64,000 nt of DNA, taken from contig JBGVLE010000076.1 of assembly GCA_045124135.1 (NCBI GenBank), forward strand, positions 19,382-83,381, written 5' to 3'. Shown in pieces: positions 1-8,832 of the stretch (the first letter of the stretch is position 1; every line of letters starts with the position of its first letter). The notes below the pieces were generated by a model. It was not told the origin of the DNA, ran no database searches, and worked only from the letters and a program-made list of their open reading frames with translations. This DNA is from Alloprevotella sp. (GTDB lineage: Bacteria > Bacteroidota > Bacteroidia > Bacteroidales > Bacteroidaceae). Both the position numbers and the translations under genes were made by a program.

Positions 1-106
1 TGAAGAGCAACTCTTTTTGTGCCGTTTCAATTGTCTTGCCGTCGTTACGGTAGTAGGCATACACCAGCTGAACCACTTTCAGCCTAATCAATTCTCTGTT
101 AATCAT
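1..106 (-). CDS. nusB: Transcription antitermination factor NusB, N-terminal part (runs off the window)
   Basis: Manual translation from ATG at 106: MINRELIRLKVVQLVYAYYRNDGKTIETAQKELLF, resembling the Bacteroidales NusB N-terminus. Confidence 0.8.
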   Translation of the reverse strand, partial: MINRELIRLKVVQLVYAYYRNDGKTIETAQKELLF

Positions 107-540
107 AAGTGTGTGTTGATGACTTGTGATTTGTAGACTGCAAATTTAGGAATAAATCGACGACTGACGGCATTTTTTTGCCGACAAAGATTTATTGGCC
201 GGGTTTTTGCCGCCTCAAGTTGGCATTTGTCTCGGAAAAACGGAAAATGGTGCCGGTGGCGGATGATTGATCGGACATAGTTCATTCGTGTGGGTATATA
301 TGGTATGCGATGGGGTGGGGTGTTCAGAAAATGATGGGTCTTGGTGTGGGCATTTTGTCAAGATAGCGGCTAAAAAACGGCCTTTCTGCCCGTGATTTAC
401 CGCTCTGACCTTCCTTCCCCTTCCCAAATTGCCCTTGGCGTCGGCCTTCGTCTCGTACTCAGCGCTCCAAAACCTTACCGTGCCGCCTCGGTCCCAACCT
501 GCCGAGAATGCCATTCCGGAGAATTTTTAACCATTTTTGA

Positions 541-825
541 AGTTCAAATGGAGGGGCCTGGGGTGACGCAAATAGTTGGTTTTTTCTTCTAAAAGCCGTC
601 TGGCGCGGACGGAATGGCGGTAAAAAGTTCACAAATTCAAGATTTTCGCTCCTGTCATAAGGACCGTCGGTCGCGGAATAAGGACAGATATTACGGGGCT
701 AAGGACAATTTTTCCTGTCCTTAGCCCCGTAACGGCCTGAAAAGCACAAAAAAAGAGGCCACAGGGGGCTCTCTCTTATTTCCTACTTCAAAGATAACGC
801 CAAAAGGCGCCACGCCAAAAGACAA
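541..825 (-). repeat. Dispersed ~285-bp intergenic element, copy 1 (strand = direction of its promoter-like module)
   Basis: GTTCA(542)..GTGACG(563); unit centres at 657/678/699/720; CAAAGATA 789-796; AAAAGACAA 817-825. Confidence 0.85.
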
Positions 826-844
826 TCAGGCCGCCGACGGTCTG

Positions 845-1477
845 TCACAGGCCGCATGCCGTGAGCATGGCGTCGCCCATTTGCTCCTGCTCGGGGCCGA
901 GGGCCATGAAATGCATCACGGCGCGTTGGGCAGCGGCAGCCACACGGCGGTCGGCCACGGCCGAGAGTTCGCTGCGGGCCTGGTCCATCAGTTCGCGGGC
1001 ATCGCGGGGCGCGGGCGTCATGCCGTTTTTGAAGAGTGCCGAGAAGAGCAGCCAGCCACAGAGACGGAACAGACGCTCTTCGCGGGCCACCCACTCGAAG
1101 GCCTTGGACGAGGCGTAGGGCAGGCGGGCAAAAAGATGGGCCGTAGTGCACTCGGCCTCTTCTTCAAACTGCATCTGCTCCACCCAAAGGTCGGCCAGCT
1201 CGGCATCAAAAGCCTCGGTGGGCATCAGCATGGCGGCAAGCAGGCGACACTCGCGGATGTTTTCTTTCCAGAGAGCGGCCGCAAGGTCGTAGGTGTGGGG
1301 CAGCGTCGCGGCCAGTTCTCTCAGTCGCGGCAGTTCAACACCGAAGTTGACTTTATAGGTGAGACCTTTCTCACGCATGGAGGCGCTCACCGGACCGTTC
1401 ATCAGGCCGCGGCAAGCGCGCTTGATGGCAATGATTTGTTCGTTGGTTTCCATTTGCATAATGATAAGACCGAGCAC
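845..1477 (-). CDS. DNA alkylation repair (AlkD-like HEAT-repeat) family protein
   Basis: 210-aa ORF with YKVNFGVELPRL, LWKENIRECRLLA motifs typical of the family; true start probably at MQMET/METNE. Confidence 0.75.
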   Translation of the reverse strand: MLGLIIMQMETNEQIIAIKRACRGLMNGPVSASMREKGLTYKVNFGVELPRLRELAATLPHTYDLAAALWKENIRECRLLAAMLMPTEAFDAELADLWVEQMQFEEEAECTTAHLFARLPYASSKAFEWVAREERLFRLCGWLLFSALFKNGMTPAPRDARELMDQARSELSAVADRRVAAAAQRAVMHFMALGPEQEQMGDAMLTACGL

Positions 1478-2239
1478 TCAGAACGCCTGAAAACGCAGGC
1501 CGAGTGCGAGGGTGAGGGTTTCAAAGAAAGAGAGTTGTCTGTTGGGGATGGACGACACGAGATAGAGATCGCTCATGCTCAATTCGTAGTAGAAAGCCAC
1601 TGAGCGGTTGAACTTGCGGTGCCGCCTCGGTATGTTGTAGCGCAGGCGCTGGCCCACGAAGAGGTTGTAGCGCACTTTGGTGTTGAAACCATAATAGCCT
1701 TTGGTGTATTTCGAAGGGGCTTTCTCCCAGAAGCCTTCACCGAAGATGCAGTTGATGAACGCACCGGCTGTGAGCGGCTCGGCCGTCCATCGGCGACTCT
1801 TGAAGAGGGGCAGGTGCCAGGGCACGAAGCGTTGTTTGACGGTAAGCGTCTGGTGTATGTCGTCGCCATTGGCCTTGGGGACAAAACCCCAGAGCACGTC
1901 GGTCTCCCACTGTTCGCGCCGGCCGTAATACCAGCCGATGCTGATGGAGAAGGCGCCGATGCCGCCGGCCACCTGGAAACTCGTCTGATTGGGGATGAGG
2001 TGGTTCCAATTGCGACGGAAACGCTCGGTGCGGCGGGCGTAGGGCGTGACAGGCTCGGAGTGGTCGGTGGAGCCGTGGATGTCGGCCGTGCAGGCGGGCA
2101 GGGTGTCGGGGGCCGCCTCGACGGTGATGACGGAGTCGGTCGGCGTGGCGATGGGGACGCTCCCGGCGGCGTGCGTATGGCCGTTGGCGCCCAGACCAAT
2201 GGTCAGGGCGATGAGGCTTTTAGTAATCAATGACTTCAC
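1478..2239 (-). CDS. Hypothetical exported protein, probable outer-membrane beta-barrel
   Basis: Signal peptide, alternating beta-strand pattern, C-terminal Phe (LGLRFQAF). Confidence 0.6.
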   Translation of the reverse strand: MKSLITKSLIALTIGLGANGHTHAAGSVPIATPTDSVITVEAAPDTLPACTADIHGSTDHSEPVTPYARRTERFRRNWNHLIPNQTSFQVAGGIGAFSISIGWYYGRREQWETDVLWGFVPKANGDDIHQTLTVKQRFVPWHLPLFKSRRWTAEPLTAGAFINCIFGEGFWEKAPSKYTKGYYGFNTKVRYNLFVGQRLRYNIPRRHRKFNRSVAFYYELSMSDLYLVSSIPNRQLSFFETLTLALGLRFQAF

Positions 2240-3038
2240 GATGGTATCCTCCGTCTTTTTTCAGGGTGAAAATGAGATATTTCCGGCCTTTGGCAGAGCC
2301 GCATTGGTAGTATTTGAAGCCGTCGCCGTAGGGCTCGAACTCGATGGTGGCGTGCTGGTGGCCGCAGATGGCAAACTGCAGGTCGGGATAGGTCTGCATC
2401 TTTTCGTGAAACTGCGGCGCGATGTTGTTGTTGAACTGGTCTGAATACGGCGAGGCGTGCATGGCCGCGATGGTGCGGCGTGTGGTCGGCGCCAAGGCCT
2501 GAAGGTCGGCATTGATAAAGGCAAAATCGGGGATGGGTACCGAGTAGTCGTGCTCGAGCGCATTGGTGTCGAGACAGATAAAGTGGGTGTCGCCGGCATC
2601 AAACGAGAAGTTGGGCGTGCCAAACATCGTCTGGAACACACGCGGCCCGTTGGCCAGACAGTCGTGGTTACCGATGAGGCAGACATAAGGCACGGCCAGG
2701 CGCTCCAACTCGTCGCGCATCCATTCAAACTCACGCGTGGCACTGAAATCGGTCAGGTCGCCACAGTGTATGACAAAATCTATTTCGGGCCGGGCATTGA
2801 TGCTGTTGACGGCGTCGTGGGTCTCGTCATACCAACGCTGGGTGTCAGAGATGACGGCAAAGACGATTGAGTCACGCCCCTGGGTGGCGCTTTCGATACG
2901 CGCAATGTTGCGTGAGTTGATGTCTTTGGGGCCGTCAAAGCGCCCGTCGTAGGGATGAAAGTCGAGAAGGGCGCAGCCGTTGAGGCCCGTCAGCAGCGCC
3001 AGAACGATGCCGAGACGTGAGATAAACGGTGTTTTCAT
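2220..3038 (-). CDS. Calcineurin-like metallophosphoesterase lipoprotein
   Basis: Motifs SDTQ, GD, GNHD, MH, GHQH; lipobox LNGC. Confidence 0.85.
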   Translation of the reverse strand: MKTPFISRLGIVLALLTGLNGCALLDFHPYDGRFDGPKDINSRNIARIESATQGRDSIVFAVISDTQRWYDETHDAVNSINARPEIDFVIHCGDLTDFSATREFEWMRDELERLAVPYVCLIGNHDCLANGPRVFQTMFGTPNFSFDAGDTHFICLDTNALEHDYSVPIPDFAFINADLQALAPTTRRTIAAMHASPYSDQFNNNIAPQFHEKMQTYPDLQFAICGHQHATIEFEPYGDGFKYYQCGSAKGRKYLIFTLKKDGGYHREVIDY

Positions 3039-3150
3039 CTTGAGGGGATTAAAGGATAGTCGGGTGAGGGATGGCCGGCTATTGTCGCGGCCTCAGAGTG
3101 TCTGTGTTTAGTGAATTGTTTATATTTTTGCAGGCAAATTGTTGCAAACA

Positions 3151-4065
3151 ATGAAGCGGGGTTTTTCGAAATCAGAACTGCGCGGTCTCTTTGCCGTTCT
3201 CGTCATCCTGTTTGTCACGGCGCTTTGCAAGGTGTGGTGGCAAGGGGCCGCTGTGCGTAGCGATGTGTCGGCCGTGTCTGATGCAGAGCGGTCGGCGCTG
3301 GCCGCTTTTGAGTCGCAGGTGCCGGACGCGAGTGCCGCCGGGCCGTCTTCGCCTTCGTCACAGCCTGTGTCGCGGGGCGAATTGTTTGCCTTCAACCCCA
3401 ACACTGCCGACGAGGCCACGCTGCGCCGCTTGGGCCTGACCGACCGCCAGATCAGCAACCTGATGAAATACCGTGCCGCCGGCGGACGTTGGCGCAGCGC
3501 CGATGACTTTTCAAGACTCTACGGCCTCTCTGCCGCAGAGTTTGAGCGGCTCAGGCCCTACGTCGTTGTCGAGCCGCTTGCCGGCGAGGCTGTCGGCCGG
3601 AATGGTCGCGGCGAGACGGCACCACGGGCCCACGGTCGGCAAGATTATGTCAAGGCGGAAAAGTTGCCGGCCGGCACAAAAGTCAATCTCGTCACCGCCG
3701 ATACCACTTTGCTCAAACAGATTCCCGGCATCGGGAGCTGGTATGCCCGCAAGATCTGCCGATACCGCGAGAGCCTTGGCGGCTTTGTCTCTCTGGCGCA
3801 ACTCTCAGAGGTGGAGGGACTGCCCGAAGGTCTTGCAGAATGGTTTGAGCCTATCCGACAGCCGCAGGTGAGGCCGCTCGACATCAACCACGCTACGTTC
3901 TCGCAGCTCGTGCGCCATCCCTATTTGTCTTATGAGCAGGTGAAGGCCGTCTTTGACTATCGCCGGAAATACGGGGCGCTGAAAAGTCTGGACGAATTGC
4001 AGCTCACGGGCCTCTTCACAGCGGCCGACGTGGCGCGGCTCCGGCCCTATGTGGCCTTTCGTTGA
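3151..4065 (+). CDS. ComEA-like helix-hairpin-helix domain protein
   Basis: Three HhH modules (FNPNTAD, VNLVTADTTLLKQIPGIG, LDINHAT) after an N-terminal TM helix; TATTTTTG box at 3123-3130. Confidence 0.8.
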   Translation: MKRGFSKSELRGLFAVLVILFVTALCKVWWQGAAVRSDVSAVSDAERSALAAFESQVPDASAAGPSSPSSQPVSRGELFAFNPNTADEATLRRLGLTDRQISNLMKYRAAGGRWRSADDFSRLYGLSAAEFERLRPYVVVEPLAGEAVGRNGRGETAPRAHGRQDYVKAEKLPAGTKVNLVTADTTLLKQIPGIGSWYARKICRYRESLGGFVSLAQLSEVEGLPEGLAEWFEPIRQPQVRPLDINHATFSQLVRHPYLSYEQVKAVFDYRRKYGALKSLDELQLTGLFTAADVARLRPYVAFR

Positions 4066-4068
4066 GGC

Positions 4069-5106
4069 TTATTCTTCGGTAGGGGGCACAGGCGGCTTGC
4101 AGTCGTGCACAAGGTTTTTGTTGCCCACTTTTACCAGCGCCACGCCGATGAAAATCCAGATGAGCTCCCTGATGCGCGTGAAAAAGCCGGTGAACACACC
4201 CAGACCGAGGCCGTCGCGATAGCCCAACACTTTGATGATGATGGCCAGACCGCCTTCGCGGGCACCCATCTGCATGGGGAAGAAAAACAACAGATTGCCC
4301 AGCAGTGACGAGAAGGCCAGAATAAGCACGGCGTCTACAAACGACACGGGTGTGCCGAAGGCCATAAGGATGAAATAAAACTCCAGCGAGTTGACCACGC
4401 GGCCCAGATATTCCATGAGCAACGACCCGTAGAAGGCGCGCGGCTGGGTGTGGAGATAGGCTATGTTTTCGTCGATTTGGGCCATACTCTCCATATTCTT
4501 GTCGTAGAATTTGCGGGCATAGCCTTTGACAAACGGAATGTAGAGCAGGATTTTGTAGAGCTTGACGATAAGCCCGTTTTTATAGCCCTTATAAAAAAAA
4601 TAGAGTGCAAAAGCGAGCACAGCCACGAAGACGCCGCCACAAGCCCACAAGAAACCGTCCATCTTTTCAAAATAAAACACCACAAACAACACGGCCGCTG
4701 ACGTCCACAGGCAGATGTGGGAGAGAATGTGCATCATCGAATAGAGCACCACCGCCGACATGGCCCGCGTCGTGCCGATGTGGCCCGCCAGTTCCATCAC
4801 GCGGTAGGGACCTCCGCCGAAACCGAAGGGCGTGGTGTAGCTGAAGGCAAAGCCCGACACCGTAAGCTTGTAGGCGTGGCGGAAACGCAGGTGCTTGTCG
4901 TGCTGACCACTGTTGACGATGAGCTGAAAGGCCACGGCGTTGAAGGCATAGACAAAAATCCACACACCCACCACCAGCGGCAGATAGGCAATGGCCTGAG
5001 GCAGACGGTTGCGCAGGGCGTGCCAGTCTACGTCAAACGTGCAGAGCATCACCACTATCGCGCCGATGCCGAAAAGCAAGAAGAGATTTCTAAAGAGTGG
5101 TTTCAT
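4069..5106 (-). CDS. Lysylphosphatidylglycerol synthase TM-region / YbhN flippase-like membrane protein
   Basis: Multi-TM protein with TTPFGFGGGPYR and PMQMGAREG motifs. Confidence 0.75.
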   Translation of the reverse strand: MKPLFRNLFLLFGIGAIVVMLCTFDVDWHALRNRLPQAIAYLPLVVGVWIFVYAFNAVAFQLIVNSGQHDKHLRFRHAYKLTVSGFAFSYTTPFGFGGGPYRVMELAGHIGTTRAMSAVVLYSMMHILSHICLWTSAAVLFVVFYFEKMDGFLWACGGVFVAVLAFALYFFYKGYKNGLIVKLYKILLYIPFVKGYARKFYDKNMESMAQIDENIAYLHTQPRAFYGSLLMEYLGRVVNSLEFYFILMAFGTPVSFVDAVLILAFSSLLGNLLFFFPMQMGAREGGLAIIIKVLGYRDGLGLGVFTGFFTRIRELIWIFIGVALVKVGNKNLVHDCKPPVPPTEE

Positions 5107-6010
5107 AAGTGTCAAGTCGTTGCGTCAGTTCGCGGCAAAGCCGCTCGTGCCTGGCGCGCATATAGAAAAAGAGTATGTTCATTATCGTGATTTCAAACAC
5201 AGGGTATATCCAGGGTTGTCCCACAAGGATGGCCACGTAGAGCACTATGGCCCGGGTGTTGAAGGTGAGGATGTTGGCCCACTTCATCAAGGGCAGGCTG
5301 CCGGCGCGAAAGTCGTCGCGCAACTGTTGGGGCAGGGCTGTGGGGAAGCGTTGCTTCAGGGCCGAGTGGAAACGTTGGAAGGCCGGCGTCAAAGACTCTT
5401 GCGACTTGGTGTAATTGCGATAGAAAAAAAGGAAAAGCTTCCAGGCCCCGTCTTTCTTCCACGAAAGCGATTGAAACTCTTGGGTCAGTTTGGCAGCATT
5501 ATCGAGTTCGCTGCCGCTCTCGCCTTTGAGGAAAAAGAGGTGGATATTGCGGTAGTAGTCGGCCAGTTGGCATTGTTTGCCGTGGCAGATGAAGCCGGCG
5601 AAAGCGCAGAGCAGCCATATCCAGATGCCCCACACGGGCATGAGTCTGAGACAGATGGCGGCGTAGATGGCAAAAAACCACACGTCGCCGGCAAAGCCGT
5701 CGAGTATTCTGCCCCAGCGTGTCTTCTTGCCGGTCATGCGGGCCAGCTGGCCGTCGCAGCTGTCGTAGAGGTTGGCCCATACGAGCAGGCCGATGCCGAT
5801 GAGGCTGTAGGTGAGGCCTTCAAAATAAAACATGACGCCGGCGGCCAGGCCCAGAAAGATAGACAAAATGGTCACCACGTTAGGGTGAACGCCGAAGGCA
5901 TTGAAGAAGTTGGCCCATAAAAGACCCAGTGGGCGCGTGAAGTGAATGTCGAGCCACTCCTCGGTGTCCATCGACTTGAAGGTGGCGGCGAGTTTTTTGT
6001 TTTCTGCCAT
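5090..6010 (-). CDS. CDP-alcohol phosphatidyltransferase family protein
   Basis: Signature D-x2-DG-x2-AR-x7-G-x3-D (YDSCDGQLARMTGKKTRWGRILDG). Confidence 0.9.
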   Translation of the reverse strand: MAENKKLAATFKSMDTEEWLDIHFTRPLGLLWANFFNAFGVHPNVVTILSIFLGLAAGVMFYFEGLTYSLIGIGLLVWANLYDSCDGQLARMTGKKTRWGRILDGFAGDVWFFAIYAAICLRLMPVWGIWIWLLCAFAGFICHGKQCQLADYYRNIHLFFLKGESGSELDNAAKLTQEFQSLSWKKDGAWKLFLFFYRNYTKSQESLTPAFQRFHSALKQRFPTALPQQLRDDFRAGSLPLMKWANILTFNTRAIVLYVAILVGQPWIYPVFEITIMNILFFYMRARHERLCRELTQRLDTYETTL

Positions 6011-6050
6011 ATAAGAGGTTGCGAAAAGTTGACAAATGGGTGACGGCCGC

Positions 6051-6881
6051 TCAGTCGTTTGGCTGAGTCTCGGCCAGAATGCGTTGGGCTATGGCCTCAG
6101 CGGCTTCGGCGCAGCAACGTGAAAAACTGGGCCAATCGTTGAAATCGATAATCCAGGCCCGGCCGTCGCTGTCGATGATGCAGTCGCCGCCATACACGGT
6201 CAGGCCGCTCAGACGTGCTGCCTCGTCGGCAATGGCTTTGAGCCGGCAGGCATCAAAAACATAACCCTTGGGGGCGCCATTATGGCTCTCCAGTCCGAAT
6301 TTGCTGAACGAAGGACCGGCCGTGGGGTAGTAGTGATGGAAAAAGGCCGTGCCTTCCACACCATAGAATTTCACCAGGTCGCCGGCCACGTGAGGGAAAA
6401 TGAGTACGTCGTCGACGCCGCGTGCCTTGAAGTGCTCCAGTCTGTCTGCCACCTCGTCGCCGGTGGCGGCAAACTGCACGTCGGTGGCTTGCTGTGCACA
6501 CGCATCGCCGCGTTTGAGCCAATAGGCCCGGTTTGGGTTGGCATTGACGGCATCCAGGCCGACATCCGGCACGACAGGCAGACCGGCAGCCACGAAAAGT
6601 TCCGTCAGATGCCGGCGGCTGCCTGAGAGCAGGGCGTGGGGGGAATTGATGATGGGTGAGCCTTCGGCCTCCATCTGGGCCAGACGTCGGAGCGTCTCCG
6701 TGTGGCGTGCCATGCAGAAGGCTGCGCCGAAGGCCGTCGGCAAGGCGTCGTCTTCGCAGACGGTGGCCACGTGGTGGCCCTCATGCCTCAGTTGCTCGGC
6801 CACGGCTTGCAGTATGGCGGCGTCGCGTGCCTCCGAGTTGGGCGAAAAGCGCGGCGACCGGCCTATTCCCACTATTCTCAT
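6051..6881 (-). CDS. Hypothetical ATP-grasp-like protein
   Basis: WLKRGD and YGGDCIIDSDGRAWIIDFNDWPSF resemble ATP-grasp C-terminal motifs. Confidence 0.55.
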   Translation of the reverse strand: MRIVGIGRSPRFSPNSEARDAAILQAVAEQLRHEGHHVATVCEDDALPTAFGAAFCMARHTETLRRLAQMEAEGSPIINSPHALLSGSRRHLTELFVAAGLPVVPDVGLDAVNANPNRAYWLKRGDACAQQATDVQFAATGDEVADRLEHFKARGVDDVLIFPHVAGDLVKFYGVEGTAFFHHYYPTAGPSFSKFGLESHNGAPKGYVFDACRLKAIADEAARLSGLTVYGGDCIIDSDGRAWIIDFNDWPSFSRCCAEAAEAIAQRILAETQPND

Positions 6882-7585
6882 GTTTCGTTCAAGAATTGTT
6901 CGGCCTTGACGATGTCTTCGGCGTGGTCCACGTCCATTATCTTTTTCATTGGCCAGGCTTTCAGGCGCATGCCATCTTCTACGAGGCCGCGCTGGAAGTT
7001 GCGCATGCGGCTTTGTCCCTCTGCCATGCAGCGTCGCAAGGTGTTGAGACAGTCAGGCTTCAAAGCATAGATGCCGCCGGAGATATAGCTTACGCCCTCG
7101 GCCGGTTGGTCGAGAAAGGCGGTGATGTCCAGTGTTTCGTCGGTGGCCACATAGAGCGGTTTCTCATCGTCGACAAAGTCTGTCACAGCCATCAGGCCGT
7201 CGCAATCAGAGGCTTTGAAGGCTTCGATATAGTGACGGAACTCGTCTTCCCTGAAGATTGTGTCGACGGTAGTGAGGCAGAAAGGCGCGTCGCCAAGGTC
7301 GCGGCTCAGTTCAAAGAAGCTGTGCATCGAACTCGGCGTGGTCTTCACGGTCAGCCGTATGGGTGCGCCTTCGCCGCGCTGTATAAGCGTTCTGACGTGG
7401 GCTTCGGTCTCAGGGTGCAGGCGGTTGACGATGATGCAGATTTCTTCAGCCCCGTTTTCGTTGAAGATGCGGATGAGGCGGTCTATCATGGCTTCGCCGC
7501 CGAGGCGTACCAGCGGTTTGGGCACGTTGATGCCCTCTTGGGCCAGGCGTGATCCTTCGCCGGCGGCGATGATGGCAAATTTCAT
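6878..7585 (-). CDS. Nucleotidyltransferase (NTP_transferase family)
   Basis: N-terminal IIAAGEGSRL...PKPL motif; C-terminal DVDH. Confidence 0.85.
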   Translation of the reverse strand: MKFAIIAAGEGSRLAQEGINVPKPLVRLGGEAMIDRLIRIFNENGAEEICIIVNRLHPETEAHVRTLIQRGEGAPIRLTVKTTPSSMHSFFELSRDLGDAPFCLTTVDTIFREDEFRHYIEAFKASDCDGLMAVTDFVDDEKPLYVATDETLDITAFLDQPAEGVSYISGGIYALKPDCLNTLRRCMAEGQSRMRNFQRGLVEDGMRLKAWPMKKIMDVDHAEDIVKAEQFLNET

Positions 7586-7642
7586 GTGGCTGATGTGTGG
7601 GAATGGGCCGCAGTGCGGCGTGGTGTTGATGGTTGTGAAGGT

Positions 7643-8788
7643 TTATTCGCCGCCTTGGGGTTGTGACTGAGGGGCAAAGCGTCCGCGTCCGGCGTCTTCG
7701 CGTCGCTCGTGATAGAGTTTGGGCAGCGGGTTTTTATAGGCCTCGCGGACGGCTATGCGGTTGCGGTAGAGGTCGATGGCGGCATAGATGGCGGCTCTGA
7801 AGGAACCTTCAGAGGCGATGCCTTGTCCGGCAATGTCGAAGGCCGTGCCGTGGTCGGGCGAAGTGCGCACGTAGGGCAGACCGGCGGTGAAATTGATGCC
7901 GTCGTCCATAGAGAGCGTCTTGAGTGGCGTGAGGCCCTGGTCGTGATACATAGCGAGTATGCCGTCGAACTTGGCGTAGGCGCCCGAGCCAAAGAAACCG
8001 TCGGCAGGATAGGGCCCGAAGGCGCGTATGCCTTTCGCCGTCGCTGCGGCAATGGCCGGAGCTATGATGGTCTTCTCTTCTTCGCCCATTGTGCCGTCGT
8101 CGCCGTTGTGCGGGTTGAGTCCCAGTACGGCGATGCGTGGTGCCGGTACGCGGAAGTCGTGGCGCAGGCTTTCGCCCAGCCAAGTGATTTTCTCTTCAAT
8201 CAGTGCCGGTGTCAACGCTCCTGCCACCTCGGCGAGCGAGATATGGGTGGTGGCCAGTGCCACACGCATCATGCTGTTGGCCAAAATCATCAGCGGTTGT
8301 TCGCCGTGGCCCAGACGATTGCAGAGATACTCTGTATGTCCGGCAAAACGGAAGTCTGCGCTCTGTATGGCGGCTTTGCAGATGGGGGCCGTTACGAGGG
8401 CGTCGATGGAACCGCTTTTGAGTGCCTCGGTGGCGGCTTCGAGGGCCACGTAGGCCACGTGTCCGGCTTCGGGGTCGTTGTGCCCGAAGTTGGTGGTAAA
8501 GTCCTTGTCGTAGCAGTTTACCAGATTGAGGTGGCCGCGTTGGGCCTCTTCGGCCGAGTTGACGATGTGGAAGTTGGTCTCCAGCCCCAACGCCTTGCGG
8601 TGATAGGCCGCAATCTTCGCACTGCCGAAGACCACCGGCAGGCAGAGGTCGAGCATCGTCGGGTCGCTAAAGGCCTTCAGAATGAGTTCGAGGCCCACGC
8701 CGTTGGGGTCGCCTTGCGTGATGCCTATCTTTATGAGCGGTTTGGGTGCGTGGCTGTGTTCAGTTTGCACCGTGTTGTTTGGTTCCAT
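7643..8788 (-). CDS. pdxA: 4-hydroxythreonine-4-phosphate dehydrogenase
   Basis: ITQGDPNGVG, GHTE, LNPH, MYHDQG, RTSPDHGTAFDIAG. Confidence 0.95.
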   Translation of the reverse strand: MEPNNTVQTEHSHAPKPLIKIGITQGDPNGVGLELILKAFSDPTMLDLCLPVVFGSAKIAAYHRKALGLETNFHIVNSAEEAQRGHLNLVNCYDKDFTTNFGHNDPEAGHVAYVALEAATEALKSGSIDALVTAPICKAAIQSADFRFAGHTEYLCNRLGHGEQPLMILANSMMRVALATTHISLAEVAGALTPALIEEKITWLGESLRHDFRVPAPRIAVLGLNPHNGDDGTMGEEEKTIIAPAIAAATAKGIRAFGPYPADGFFGSGAYAKFDGILAMYHDQGLTPLKTLSMDDGINFTAGLPYVRTSPDHGTAFDIAGQGIASEGSFRAAIYAAIDLYRNRIAVREAYKNPLPKLYHERREDAGRGRFAPQSQPQGGE

Positions 8789-8832
8789 GATATATAAGTT
8801 TGGATGAAGGGAATGCTTGTGAATGTTTCGGT

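Noticed and set aside
651-732. 21-bp arrays as mini-CRISPR
   Set aside because: Total period is only 21 bp with ~4 nt between units, there are no 25-45 nt unique spacers, only 3-4 units, and no cas genes
541-825. Dispersed element as a classical MITE or IS remnant
   Set aside because: Ends are not inverted repeats of each other, no flanking direct repeats seen, no transposase fragment; mobility by another mechanism is not excluded
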